Assembly: GCA_050261335.1 (NCBI GenBank)
Contig: JBLNDE010000009.1
Coordinates: forward strand, 30,010 to 94,009
Length of the DNA stretch: 64,000 nucleotides
Direction: 5' to 3'
Origin: Bacillota bacterium
GTDB lineage: Bacteria > Bacillota > SHA-98 > UBA4971
The notes under the pieces are model-generated. The model was not told where the DNA came from. It ran no database searches and saw only the letters and a list, made by a program, of their open reading frames with translations. Below, in pieces: positions 48,240 through 58,177 of this stretch. The position numbers and the translations under genes are program-made. Positions within the stretch are counted from its first letter, which is position 1. Every line of letters begins with the position of its first letter.

Positions 48240-49064
48240 ATGGCCGTCGGTGAGGATATCAGGTGCCTGCGTAAACGCGGGGTCGGGCTGGCCCTCGGCT
48301 CCGGTGCAGCGAGAGGGCTTGCACATATCGGCGTGCTAAAGGTCCTCGAACGCGAGGGAATCGAGATAGCCGCGATCTCGGGAGCGAGCATGGGCGCCCT
48401 CATCGGCGGGCTCTACGCGGCGGGAATGCCCCTGGCCGAGATGGAGAAATACGCGCTTGCGGTAACGAAGCGGTCTGTGCTGGCATGGATTGACCCCGCT
48501 CCTCCGAAGCAAGGCTTCATCGTTGGGAAGAAGATCCAGGAGCTCTTGCGATCGTTCATTGGCGACGTCCAGTTCTCGGAACTCAAGATCCCACTGGCCA
48601 TAGCAGCCACGGATGTTCTCACCGGCGAGGAGATCGTCCTCCGGGAAGGCGATGTGGTCGACGCTGTGAGAGCCAGCATATCCATCCCTGTGGTCTTCGT
48701 GCCGGTGCATCTCGGGGGAAGAATGCTCGTGGACGGCGGCGTGGTGAACCCGGTACCCGTTGATTACATTCGCTCGCTTGACAGGCGGGCGGTCCCCATC
48801 GCCGTGAGCGTGCTGCCGAAACTCGAACGCAAGCAGGTGGAGAAACCGGGCACCGTTGACATCATCCTGAACACCCTCGACATCATGCAGATGCGGTTGT
48901 TTGAGTTCAGGCGGGACGAGGCGAAGGTGGTTCTCGAGCCCGACGTATCGTTCGCCACCGGCGCCGAGTTCTGGGAAGCGCGCGAACTCATCGCCCGGGG
49001 CGAGCAGGCCGCGACTGACGCCCTGCCGAGCATCGGCAAGGCCATAAGCAGGCTCCCGTGGTAG
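48240..49064 (+). CDS. Patatin-like phospholipase
   Basis: GSGAARGLAHIGV and GASMGA (GxSxG) motifs; ORF extends to 48129. Confidence 0.8.
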   Translation: MAVGEDIRCLRKRGVGLALGSGAARGLAHIGVLKVLEREGIEIAAISGASMGALIGGLYAAGMPLAEMEKYALAVTKRSVLAWIDPAPPKQGFIVGKKIQELLRSFIGDVQFSELKIPLAIAATDVLTGEEIVLREGDVVDAVRASISIPVVFVPVHLGGRMLVDGGVVNPVPVDYIRSLDRRAVPIAVSVLPKLERKQVEKPGTVDIILNTLDIMQMRLFEFRRDEAKVVLEPDVSFATGAEFWEARELIARGEQAATDALPSIGKAISRLPW

Positions 49065-49279
49065 CCCGGAGGAATGCTCCCTGCCGCCGACAGGCTTTCC
49101 GTCGCGAACAGCGGACTCCGTTGCCTCGTGCTTCGTCAGGCGACGGTATTGACAATAGTGGCCCCTGGGGGCCATTGATCCAGCGCCGCGTATCTGGTAC
49201 AATCAGTTCGTGACCTGCCCGCTGCACGCGACCGAGACGCGTGGAGACGTTCGGTACCGCGTGTGTACAGATTTCAGGT

Positions 49280-49364
49280 GCGAGAGTGGCGGAACGGCAG
49301 ACGCGCCAGACTTAGGATCTGGTGGGTAACCCCCGTGAGGGTTCAAATCCCTCCTCTCGCACCA
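49280..49364 (+). tRNA. tRNA-Leu (anticodon UAG), CCA encoded, long variable arm
   Basis: Manual fold; close match to the bacterial tRNA-Leu scaffold (UGGCGGAA..GGCAGACGCGC D-arm, GAGGGUUCAAAUCCCUC T-arm); preceded by a TTGATC-16-TGGTACAAT promoter at 49176-49203. Confidence 0.8.
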
Positions 49365-49558
49365 ACCATTCATCAGGGGTTTCGTGGCTGGCAGGGGTTT
49401 CGCGGCGCCCCGGTCGGTGGGCCAGAGTGCCTGACCTGAGCGCCTGAAAAAGGGCCGGTGAGAATCCGGCGAAGCCGTAGCGCAGCAACGCAGCCCCGGT
49501 TACCATCCGAACCTCGCATAGAACCATCGTCTGACGACTTCCGCCATTGGCGCCACAC

Positions 49559-50356
49559 TTAGACGAGGTGCGCTATCACCCATGCCGCTGGGATGAGTAC
49601 CAGTTGAGCAAGGAGTGTCCCGGCGAACTTGCTTCCGATGAGATACGCCACGAGCGTGTCGGCCACCCCTACCTCGATCTCTCCCCTCATCGCCTGGTCC
49701 GTGATGACCGCGGCTCTCGGATCGACGAGGACCGTGAAGAGCACGGTCGCCACGCCGTTCACAAGGCCCGAGGAAAGGCTCGCTGCTATGGCTTTGGTGG
49801 GCGGCACGAGCGCCGCGGCGTACGCTGCGGAGAGAACGCCGGTAGTGTAGATGGCGGTGATCACGACGTTGAGAAGGATGAGTTGCATCGGGATGCCATC
49901 GGGCTTGATCCGGGTAATCAACCTCCTGTCGGGCAGTCTGACACTCCTCGGTATGCTCCGCAACTTCGCAGGAGCCATGCACTCGAACAGGAACGCGGGA
50001 ATCGACCCTCGTCTGGCAAGAGCCCGTATAGCTCTAACGAAGAGAGACAGAAAAGTGGGGGCAAGGATGATCCCGATGAGCGTGCCTGCGCTTGCGCTGG
50101 CGATGACGAGCCTGAGCGCGCCCGCAAGAACGCCTGGTCTTCCGAGATGCACGCCAACCAGCTTCCCGACGAGAGGGGCCTGAAGCGTATTGGCAGTCCT
50201 CGAGATCAGCGCTATGCTGTTGAAGAGGGATAGTGCAAGGGCCAGCTGCCTCGTTCTGATCCCGCCCAACCTCACCGAGTAGGACAGCGTGTCTATCATG
50301 TGGATGAGGGCGGTAAGCCCCAGAAGTATTGCGAGACTCAAGACCATCGCCTCCAT
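49559..50356 (-). CDS. Amj-like (DUF2837) alternative lipid II flippase
   Basis: ~265 aa polytopic membrane protein (MEAMVLSLAILLGLTALIHMIDTLSYSVRLGG...); ORF extends to 50494. Confidence 0.4.
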   Translation of the reverse strand: MEAMVLSLAILLGLTALIHMIDTLSYSVRLGGIRTRQLALALSLFNSIALISRTANTLQAPLVGKLVGVHLGRPGVLAGALRLVIASASAGTLIGIILAPTFLSLFVRAIRALARRGSIPAFLFECMAPAKLRSIPRSVRLPDRRLITRIKPDGIPMQLILLNVVITAIYTTGVLSAAYAAALVPPTKAIAASLSSGLVNGVATVLFTVLVDPRAAVITDQAMRGEIEVGVADTLVAYLIGSKFAGTLLAQLVLIPAAWVIAHLV

Positions 50357-50589
50357 CTGCTGTGACCGTCGATCTCGCCGGAAACGCGACCGGCGACCCG
50401 GCCCAGCCCGACCCGACCCGACCCAGGACTCTATGGCAGGAACCCAACTCGCCTCTCCGTTCGACACCCGAGGGACGCCTCCTCCTCCGTCCACGAGAAG
50501 GTCCCGCCACGTTCTGGTCCCATCATCCGGCTCGGACCTGCTTGTCCCCGGTTTCGAGAGCGCGAGCCCGGGTTGATCCCCAGTGTGAG

Positions 50590-51045
50590 GAGGACTTTGC
50601 AGGGTGGTGGCGAATTAACTCGCTTACAGTGTTCGCCGAGGTCGCATACCAGACCGGCGACCAGGACTTCACGGCCCAGCTCACCCAGGTCATATCCGCC
50701 AAGGCGGAGGCTCTATTCGTCCCCGGCTACTTCGGTGACGCAGCCCTCATGGCGAAGCAGCTTCGCCAGCTCGGCAGCAAGATCCCGATACTCGGTGGTG
50801 ACGCCCTCGACGCGCCTGAGCTGATGAGCATCGGCGGTGAGGCAGTCGAAGGTCTGATCATCAGCTCTTTTTACAGCGCTGAGGCTCCTGCCAACGATGT
50901 TGCGAAGAAGTTCGTCGCAGCCTACAAGAGCAAGTACGTCAAGACGCCGAACGCCAACGGGGCCCTCGGGTTCGATACATACAACATGGTCGTGGACGCC
51001 ATCCGCTGGGCCAGGGCAGGTACCCTGGGACGAGGTCTCGTCATG
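50590..51045 (+). pseudogene. Truncated branched-chain amino acid ABC substrate-binding protein (C-terminal ~150 aa of a LivK paralog only)
   Basis: YQTGDQDFTAQLTQV...ILGGDAL...IGGEAVEG aligns with the C-terminal lobe of the intact livK downstream; no N-terminal lobe or signal peptide. Confidence 0.6.
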
Positions 51046-51359
51046 GCGCCCCGCCCGGGGCGCCGTCGCTGGAGACAGGTACCGGCAACCGCGAGAAACC
51101 TAGTTTCTGACAAGGTGGCTGCAACTGGTGTCGTTCTACCTGGTCGCTGAAAAATCGTCCAGCAGAACCCCAGCGAGAAGGAGGACTGGCCCTGGATACA
51201 GCGAATTATCATGCATGATGTTGCCTCAGCGGGGGAGGCGCGCGTATCCGGAGGGGTACCCAGGCAAGAAGCTCGTCGGAGAAGCGGGAACCACTTGGGG
51301 CGGATGATCGCGCGCTGGACGCTTGCGAGAGGAAAGGATCGACAGGAGGTGCTTGAGAA

Positions 51360-52511
51360 GTGAGAGGTTGTCGGTCGAGTTGGTGTCCTGTTGTTCTGGT
51401 GTTGCTTCTAGGGCTGGGGCTGGGGACGGGCGCATTTGCCGCCGTAGAGCCGGTGCGCATAGGTCTTCAGGCCCCTATCACCGGGCAGTGGGCGTACGAA
51501 GGTGAGATGGCGCGAAACTGCGTCCAGATCGTGGCCGACCAGATCAACGCGAAAGGCGGCGTTCTCGGGCGGCCAATCGAGATCGTGCTCGGGGACGACC
51601 AGTGCAGCCCCAAGCAAAGCGCAGTGGTCGCACAGCGCATGTTGAGCGAGAAAGTGGTCGCTGTGATAGGCACCTACGGTTCGTCGGTGACCGAGCCGGC
51701 GGCGACCATCTACGAAAGGGCGAGGCTTCTCAATATCGCATATGGGTCCACTGCGGAGCAACTCACATCCCACGGATGGAAGTTCTTCTTCCGCACGTGC
51801 TTCCGGGATGACCGCCAGGGAGCGTTCTTTGCCGAATTCGTCAATGAGACCCTGAAACTGAAGCGCGTCGCCATCCTGCACGACAACACCACGTTCGGAA
51901 AGGGCCTTGCGGAGGCCGCCAGGCGCTCGCTGCAACAGGTAAAGAAGGCCGAGGTCGTGTTCTACGACGCAGTCACTCCAGGCGAGCGCGACTTCACGCC
52001 GGTAATCACCCGGATGCTGACCACGAAGCCGGAGGTGGTGTACTACACTGCGTACTACCCCGAGGCTGGCCTCATAATCCGGCAGATGAGGGATCTCGGT
52101 AGCAAGGCCTTCTTCGTCGGGGGCAACGCCGCCATCAACGACGAGTTCATCAGCATTGCAGGCCTGGAGATCGCGAAAGGATCCCTGATGACTCAGGAGC
52201 CTTTGCCGACCGACCTCCGATACCCCGAGTCCAAGCCTTTCCTCGATGAGTACATTCGCCGGCATAAGGAGGCGCCGAGCAGCCCCTGGCCGGTTTACGC
52301 TGCTGACGCGCTCAAAGTCATCGCCGCCGCCATCGATGCCACCGGGTCTACCGATTCAAAGGTGCTGGCGGACTACCTCCGTAACAAGATGCAGGACCTT
52401 CCAGGCATCACCGGGCCGATCTCGTTCGACGATGCAGGTGACCGCGAGGGAGCCATATATCTTGCGTACGAGGTGACCGCCGACGGGAAATTCAAGCCAT
52501 ACCAGCCGTAA
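51360..52511 (+). CDS. livK: Branched-chain amino acid ABC transporter substrate-binding protein
   Basis: Signal peptide + LivK/LivJ periplasmic-binding fold; GTG start after AGGAGG RBS. Confidence 0.85.
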   Translation: MRGCRSSWCPVVLVLLLGLGLGTGAFAAVEPVRIGLQAPITGQWAYEGEMARNCVQIVADQINAKGGVLGRPIEIVLGDDQCSPKQSAVVAQRMLSEKVVAVIGTYGSSVTEPAATIYERARLLNIAYGSTAEQLTSHGWKFFFRTCFRDDRQGAFFAEFVNETLKLKRVAILHDNTTFGKGLAEAARRSLQQVKKAEVVFYDAVTPGERDFTPVITRMLTTKPEVVYYTAYYPEAGLIIRQMRDLGSKAFFVGGNAAINDEFISIAGLEIAKGSLMTQEPLPTDLRYPESKPFLDEYIRRHKEAPSSPWPVYAADALKVIAAAIDATGSTDSKVLADYLRNKMQDLPGITGPISFDDAGDREGAIYLAYEVTADGKFKPYQP

Positions 52512-52637
52512 TGCCGTAGCGCCCGCCACGCCCGTCCGCCCGAAAGCCGGACCCGCTGGTGCGGCAGGGGCGCTCGCGGCGGGGAGCGGGGAGTGGGGCG
52601 TGGAGAGCAGAGGGCGGAGAGCGGGCCACCCCCAGCT

Positions 52638-52849
52638 CCAAGTATGGCGCCACGGGTTTGCGACACTTTTTCCGGCGGTGTTAGGGTTGCCGGTGCTTGT
52701 TAGGGCGGGGTGCCTGGAATTTGGCTGGCCTGTACGCCAAATTCGAACGAGGCTCACCGCACGTGCGCCGTCCCCGGAGCGCGACACCGGCAACCACGGA
52801 TGCGCCTTGCGCACTGGAAAGCAGCACAAACTCGTGGCGATCTACTCAG
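52638..52849 (+). repeat. MITE-like repeat, copy E (full length)
   Basis: End-to-end alignment with copies A and D. Confidence 0.8.
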
Positions 52850-52922
52850 AGATTGAGACGTGAATAAATGGAGGTGCCGGCGCGGAGGTCCTGCGCAAAG
52901 GCGGGGCTTCCGCGCCGAAGGT

Positions 52923-53828
52923 ATGGCTTTATTCATAGAGCAACTCGTCAACGGTCTTACCGTGGGCGCGGTGTACGCGCTGGTTGCACTCGGTTATACG
53001 ATGGTCTACGGCGTGATGAGGCTCATCAACTTCGCCCACGGCGATCTCTTCATGCTTGGCTCGTATTTCGGCTTCACTTTGCTGGTTGCAACGTTCGTGG
53101 GCAGCGCCCTGCCTCTGTGGGCGGCGCTGCTGGTGACCGTGCTCGCGTCAGCGGCTGGGGTTGCCATCCTCGGGGTGCTCGTGGAGCGCGCCGCTTATCG
53201 TCCTCTTCGTCGCTCGAACCGCCTGACCGCGGTCGTGTCCGCCATGGGCGTCTCGATATTCCTGCAAAACGCAGCCATGCTTGTCTGGGGCCCGCGTTAC
53301 CGGGCGTATCCTCCGTGGGCCGTCCCTGACGTGAGGTGGGAGATCGGGGCCGTCCACATAGGCTTCATGCAGGTGCTCATCCTGATGGTGTCCATCCTGC
53401 TCATGGCCGGCCTGTACCTGTTCGTCCAGCGCACGACGGTAGGCGCGGCCATCCGCGCCACGGCCATCGACCACGACACCGCGAGGCTCATGGGAATCAA
53501 CGTCGATCAGATCATCCGGCTGATTTTCGTCATCGGCCCTGGCCTCGGTGCTGTGGCGGGCGTGCTGCTGGGGCTGTATTATCGGCAGATCCACTTCACG
53601 GTCGGGTGGTCATATGGCCTGAAGGCCTTCACTGCCGCAATCCTCGGGGGGATCGGGAACATTCCAGGGGCCATGGTTGGGGGCCTGCTGCTCGGCATAC
53701 TGGAGATGCTCGGAGGCGGGTATATCTCTGCGGCGTGGAAAGACGTGTTCGTGTTCCTTATCCTGATTCTGCTGCTGATTTTCCGGCCCACCGGCCTATT
53801 GGGCGAACGCGTCGCCGAAAAGGTTTAG
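52923..53828 (+). CDS. livH: BCAA ABC transporter permease
   Basis: MALFIEQLVNGLTVGAVYALVALGYTMVYG typical LivH N-terminus. Confidence 0.85.
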   Translation: MALFIEQLVNGLTVGAVYALVALGYTMVYGVMRLINFAHGDLFMLGSYFGFTLLVATFVGSALPLWAALLVTVLASAAGVAILGVLVERAAYRPLRRSNRLTAVVSAMGVSIFLQNAAMLVWGPRYRAYPPWAVPDVRWEIGAVHIGFMQVLILMVSILLMAGLYLFVQRTTVGAAIRATAIDHDTARLMGINVDQIIRLIFVIGPGLGAVAGVLLGLYYRQIHFTVGWSYGLKAFTAAILGGIGNIPGAMVGGLLLGILEMLGGGYISAAWKDVFVFLILILLLIFRPTGLLGERVAEKV

Positions 53829-53976
53829 GGCGAGGTCGCGATTGCGAGCGCTGGGTGCGGCCCTGGTAGGTTCATCGGGACGGAGCAGGAAAGGGGCAGG
53901 AAGGGCAGGAGAAGGGTAAGAGGGAGGCAGCGGCCCTGGCGGTTTTCGCAGCTCGAGTAGGAGAGGAGTGTAGCAT

Positions 53977-54981
53977 GTGGCATCGCCGCGTCTCGGACCC
54001 GGGCTTGTACCGGGACGCCGTATATCCGGACTTGTCGACCGCTACTCGGCCTGGGCGGTCGCAGCCATTGGTGTAGCTGCGTTGGTCTTCCCGATGGTCA
54101 CAAGCGACTACTGGATCGACGTCGCCGTTTTCTGGGGCATTTACGTGCTCCTCGGCCTCAGCCTGAACATCATCGTGGGCGAAGTGGGCCTGTTCGACAT
54201 GGGGCACATGGCATTCTTCGCGATTGGGGCATACACGACCGCTATCCTCAGCGGGCAACTTGGGGTCTCGCTATGGCTACTCCTGCCGCTGAGCGGAGTT
54301 GCAGCCGGGCTTGCGGGCTACGCGCTCGCGCGTCCGATCATCCACCTTCGGGGCGACTACCTCCTCATCGTGACGATAGGCCTCAACGAAATGACCCGCA
54401 TCAGCCTCCTCAACAACCCGTGGGGCCTCACGGGCGGTCCGAACGGCGTCATCATGCTGGACCAGTTTCGCATCCTCGGCCTTACGATACAAAGGCCGAT
54501 ACACTTCTACTACCTCGTCTGGGTGTTCGTCGCGGCGAGCATGTTCGCCCTCGTGCGCCTGCAGCGCTCCCGGATCGGCCGTGCGTGGAACTATATCCGC
54601 GAGGACGAGGTGGCGGCCGAGGCCATGGGCATAGACGTACGCGCGGCCAAGCTCCTGGCGTTCACGCTGGGCGCGGGGCTTGCGGGCGCGACCGGAACCA
54701 TATTCGCCGCCAAGCTGGTGGTCATATCGCCCGAGAGCTTCACGTTCATGGAGTCGGTGATCCTGTTCTGCATCGTGGTGCTGGGAGGCATGGGATCGAT
54801 CCCCGGCGTGGTCCTGGGGTCCGCGGCCATGCTGGTGCTGCCCGAGATCCTGCGGAACTTCGCACAGTACCGGATGCTCTTCTTCGGCGCCGCCATGGTG
54901 CTCATGATGATCTTCCGCCCGCAGGGGCTGTGGCCCAGCAGGCGCTGGACGACCAAGCTGCAGGAAGGCGAGGGTGAGTGA
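53977..54981 (+). CDS. livM: BCAA ABC transporter permease
   Basis: LivM family TM protein; GTG start after GAGAGGAG RBS. Confidence 0.8.
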   Translation: MASPRLGPGLVPGRRISGLVDRYSAWAVAAIGVAALVFPMVTSDYWIDVAVFWGIYVLLGLSLNIIVGEVGLFDMGHMAFFAIGAYTTAILSGQLGVSLWLLLPLSGVAAGLAGYALARPIIHLRGDYLLIVTIGLNEMTRISLLNNPWGLTGGPNGVIMLDQFRILGLTIQRPIHFYYLVWVFVAASMFALVRLQRSRIGRAWNYIREDEVAAEAMGIDVRAAKLLAFTLGAGLAGATGTIFAAKLVVISPESFTFMESVILFCIVVLGGMGSIPGVVLGSAAMLVLPEILRNFAQYRMLFFGAAMVLMMIFRPQGLWPSRRWTTKLQEGEGE

Positions 54982-55961
54982 CGATGTGCGCGGGCAACGC
55001 GAGCAACGGGGTCCTCCTCGAGTTGAGGGGGGTAAGCAAGCGATTCGGCGGGCTCCGCGCTGTAGACGCCTTCGACCTCGATGTGTGCGAGGGCAGCATC
55101 ACGAGCCTCATCGGCCCGAACGGCGCCGGCAAGACGACCGTGTTCAACCTCATCACGGGCATCTACCGGCCGGACACAGGCAGCATCAGGTTCGCGGCGC
55201 GGGAGATCGTCGGCAAGCTGCCACACCAGGTCGCGGAGGCGGGCATCGCGCGCACCTTCCAGACGCTGCGACTTTTCGAAAACCTCACGTGCTTCGAGAA
55301 TGTGCTGGCAGGCCAGCACTGCAGGGGCCTGGCCGGGGTGGCGGCGTCCATTTTCAGGACAGCGGGCCAGCGCAGGGAGGAGGAGCGCATGAGAGGCGAG
55401 GCGGAGCGCTGCCTGCGGCAGATGGGCCTGTGGGCGTGCCGCGACGAGCTTGCGCGCAACCTTCCGTACGGCAACCGGAGGCGCCTCGAGATAGCGCGGG
55501 CCCTCGCCACGCGACCGCGTCTTCTGATCCTCGACGAGCCAGCCGGCGGCCTGAACGAGGAGGAAACGGCCGGCCTCATGGATCTCATCCAGGAGATCAG
55601 AGGGTCGGGGATCACTGTCTTCCTCATCGAGCACGATATGCAGGTGGTCATGGGAGTATCCGACCTCGTTGCCGTTATGGACAACGGGCAGAAGATCAGC
55701 GAGGGCACCCCTGATGAGGTCCAGCAGGATCCGCGCGTGATCGAGGCGTACCTGGGCACCGACGACGAATCCGACGAGCTGGGCGAATACGACGTAGCCC
55801 ATGGGATAAGCGATTCCTCTGCGACAGGTGAAGCCGGCGCGGCCGGCGGGTCCGGCGGCACCGGCAAGGCCAACGACACCGGCGAGGCCGACGGCGGCGC
55901 GTGTGCCGGGGGCACCGGCGATCCTGGGCGAGCAAGGATGGATTTGCATGAGCCTGCTTGA
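54978..55961 (+). CDS. livG: BCAA ABC transporter ATP-binding protein with a Gly-rich C-terminal tail
   Basis: Walker A GPNGAGKTT, LivG-specific insert. Confidence 0.85.
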   Translation: MTMCAGNASNGVLLELRGVSKRFGGLRAVDAFDLDVCEGSITSLIGPNGAGKTTVFNLITGIYRPDTGSIRFAAREIVGKLPHQVAEAGIARTFQTLRLFENLTCFENVLAGQHCRGLAGVAASIFRTAGQRREEERMRGEAERCLRQMGLWACRDELARNLPYGNRRRLEIARALATRPRLLILDEPAGGLNEEETAGLMDLIQEIRGSGITVFLIEHDMQVVMGVSDLVAVMDNGQKISEGTPDEVQQDPRVIEAYLGTDDESDELGEYDVAHGISDSSATGEAGAAGGSGGTGKANDTGEADGGACAGGTGDPGRARMDLHEPA

Positions 55962-56730
55962 GCTTGATGACGTTCACATCTCATACGGAAACGTCCGGGC
56001 CGTAGAAGGCGTCAGCGTCGCCGTGGAAGAGGGAGAGATCGTGACGCTCCTCGGCGCCAACGGCGCGGGCAAGACCACGACGCTACGGGCCGTCTCGGGC
56101 CTCCTGCGACCGCGCGCCGGGCGCATCCGCCTGGCGGGCCAGGAGATTCAGGCGGCGGCAGCGCACAGGATAGTGGAACTCGGGGTCGCACACGTGCCAG
56201 AGGGGCGCCGGGTTTTCGCAACACTTACGGTCGAGGAGAATCTCAACCTCGGGGCCTACAAATACCGGCGGGACGCGACGCGGGTGAGGGAGGGGCGCGG
56301 GCGCGCATACCGGCTTTTCCCGAGGCTCGCCGAGCGCCGCGGCCAGCTCGCCGGCACATTGTCCGGCGGCGAACAACAGATGCTCGCCATCGCCCGCGGG
56401 CTTATGGCCGACCCGAGAGTGCTGCTCCTGGATGAGCCCTCGCTCGGCCTTGCGCCCAAGCTGGTGCAGGAGATCTTCCACACGATCCGGGAGATCAACC
56501 GGGAGGGCGTGACCATCCTGCTGGTGGAGCAGAACGCCAGAATAGCCTTGCGCGTGGCGCACAGAGCGTATGTGCTGGAGACAGGGAGGATCGTGCTCGC
56601 CGGCCCTTCGCGCGAGCTGCGACAGGACCCCAGGATCCAGCAGGCGTATCTCGGGATGGGGCGCAAGCCCGGCGCAGGTCGCCGGTCCGCGCAGGCAGGG
56701 CAGGGAAGCGCCGCCGTGGCGTCATCGTAA
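55948..56730 (+). CDS. livF: BCAA ABC transporter ATP-binding protein
   Basis: Walker A GANGAGKTT, signature LSGGEQQML. Confidence 0.85.
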   Translation: MSLLELDDVHISYGNVRAVEGVSVAVEEGEIVTLLGANGAGKTTTLRAVSGLLRPRAGRIRLAGQEIQAAAAHRIVELGVAHVPEGRRVFATLTVEENLNLGAYKYRRDATRVREGRGRAYRLFPRLAERRGQLAGTLSGGEQQMLAIARGLMADPRVLLLDEPSLGLAPKLVQEIFHTIREINREGVTILLVEQNARIALRVAHRAYVLETGRIVLAGPSRELRQDPRIQQAYLGMGRKPGAGRRSAQAGQGSAAVASS

Positions 56731-56739
56731 GGAGCTGGT

Positions 56740-57954
56740 CTACTGTCGCTCGCGAAGCCAGTTCCGCTCAGCAAGTTGCTTGATGGCGATGAGGGCCCGC
56801 AGGCGCGGCAGGACCCTGAAGCCGCCTGACTGAGAGAGGAAATTGCCGACGACCGTGACAGGAGGAAGGTCCCCCAGCTCGACCACGCACATTGCGAGGC
56901 CTGAGAAGCGGCGTGCGGGGGTCTTCCCGCGCACAAGCGCCGCGACGTTGCCTGCGACGACCAGCGACTGTAGATGGGCGACGACGCCCGCCTTCGGGAC
57001 GGACCCGCCCCGCGGCATGGGGATGTCGGTGACGTCCCCGATGGCGAAGACCCGGCCGTCCCCGCCTACTGAAGTGTCGGCGACCGGAGCCGAAAGGTAA
57101 TTCGGGTCAACGGCTATGAACCCTTCGCTTCCCAAGGCAAGGCCCGCTCGCTTCACGAAGTCCGGGACCCGGATCGGCGGGATGAATACGAGGATATCGT
57201 ACGCCACGCGGCCCTCGGTGAATACGGCGACCCGGCGGCCCCGCTCGACGCCCTCGAGATGCCAGCTCCCTTGGTATGACACCCCGCGACGCATCGTCCC
57301 CCGTAGAATCGTCCTGCCCACGGCGGCGCCCGCGGCTTCGAACGGTAGAGCCTCGGGCGAGCACACGCTTATCGAGAAGCTCTTTCTCTTGCGTGCCCTT
57401 CGAAGCACACGATCCAGGATCATGGCAGCCTCTATGGGCACGGGGGGGCACTTGTGCGGGCCGGTAGGCACGACGACCAGGATATCCCCGCGTTCAGCCG
57501 TTTCCAGCGCGCCGCGCAGGCCGAGGACCCCCTCGATAGAGAAGAGGTTGAAGACCGGACCCGAGGTCCGGGCCGACCCAGACGCCATCGGATGCGAGGG
57601 CGCGTCCACGAGGCCCGGGATGCGTTCCGGGGCAAACTCCGCCCCGGGCGCCAGCACCAGGAAGTCATAGGGCACCTGCTCTCGCTCGCATTTCACGACG
57701 CGACGCGCCATGTCGATGTCCTGAACGGTGTCGTGGACAAGCGTGATACCTCGCCGCCTGACGGCGTCCACACTCCTCGTGATGTCCTTCGGTGTCCGCC
57801 GGCCCTCGAGTATCCACAGGAGCGACGGATAGAACCCCTGGACGATCTCGCGTTCCACGACGACCACTCGATGCTCTGGCACAAGCCCTTTGCGCAGGCT
57901 TATCGCGGCCGACAGCCCCCCGATGCCCGCGCCCACGACCACCACGGTTGCCAT
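56740..57954 (-). CDS. FAD-dependent pyridine nucleotide-disulfide oxidoreductase, sulfide:quinone oxidoreductase (SQR)/NDH-2-like
   Basis: N-terminal VVVVGAGIGG Rossmann, second FAD/NAD motif, ~405 aa. Confidence 0.6.
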   Translation of the reverse strand: MATVVVVGAGIGGLSAAISLRKGLVPEHRVVVVEREIVQGFYPSLLWILEGRRTPKDITRSVDAVRRRGITLVHDTVQDIDMARRVVKCEREQVPYDFLVLAPGAEFAPERIPGLVDAPSHPMASGSARTSGPVFNLFSIEGVLGLRGALETAERGDILVVVPTGPHKCPPVPIEAAMILDRVLRRARKRKSFSISVCSPEALPFEAAGAAVGRTILRGTMRRGVSYQGSWHLEGVERGRRVAVFTEGRVAYDILVFIPPIRVPDFVKRAGLALGSEGFIAVDPNYLSAPVADTSVGGDGRVFAIGDVTDIPMPRGGSVPKAGVVAHLQSLVVAGNVAALVRGKTPARRFSGLAMCVVELGDLPPVTVVGNFLSQSGGFRVLPRLRALIAIKQLAERNWLRERQ

Positions 57955-58177
57955 GCGTTCATCAGCTCCATTGCGTCGTCCAACTCGCAAGCGCTCTCAA
58001 TAGGCGCTCTCAAGGGGAGTATTCCCCCTTGGGGCCGCGATCCTGGGGCGAAAATCCTCGACCCGCGAAGAGGAATTTGATAGAAAATGTAGAATCATTT
58101 TGGGACACCGGTGGAGTACACTTACGGTGCCACAATCCGGTCGTTCCTGATTGTCTATGCCGGGAGGGGGGTGGACC

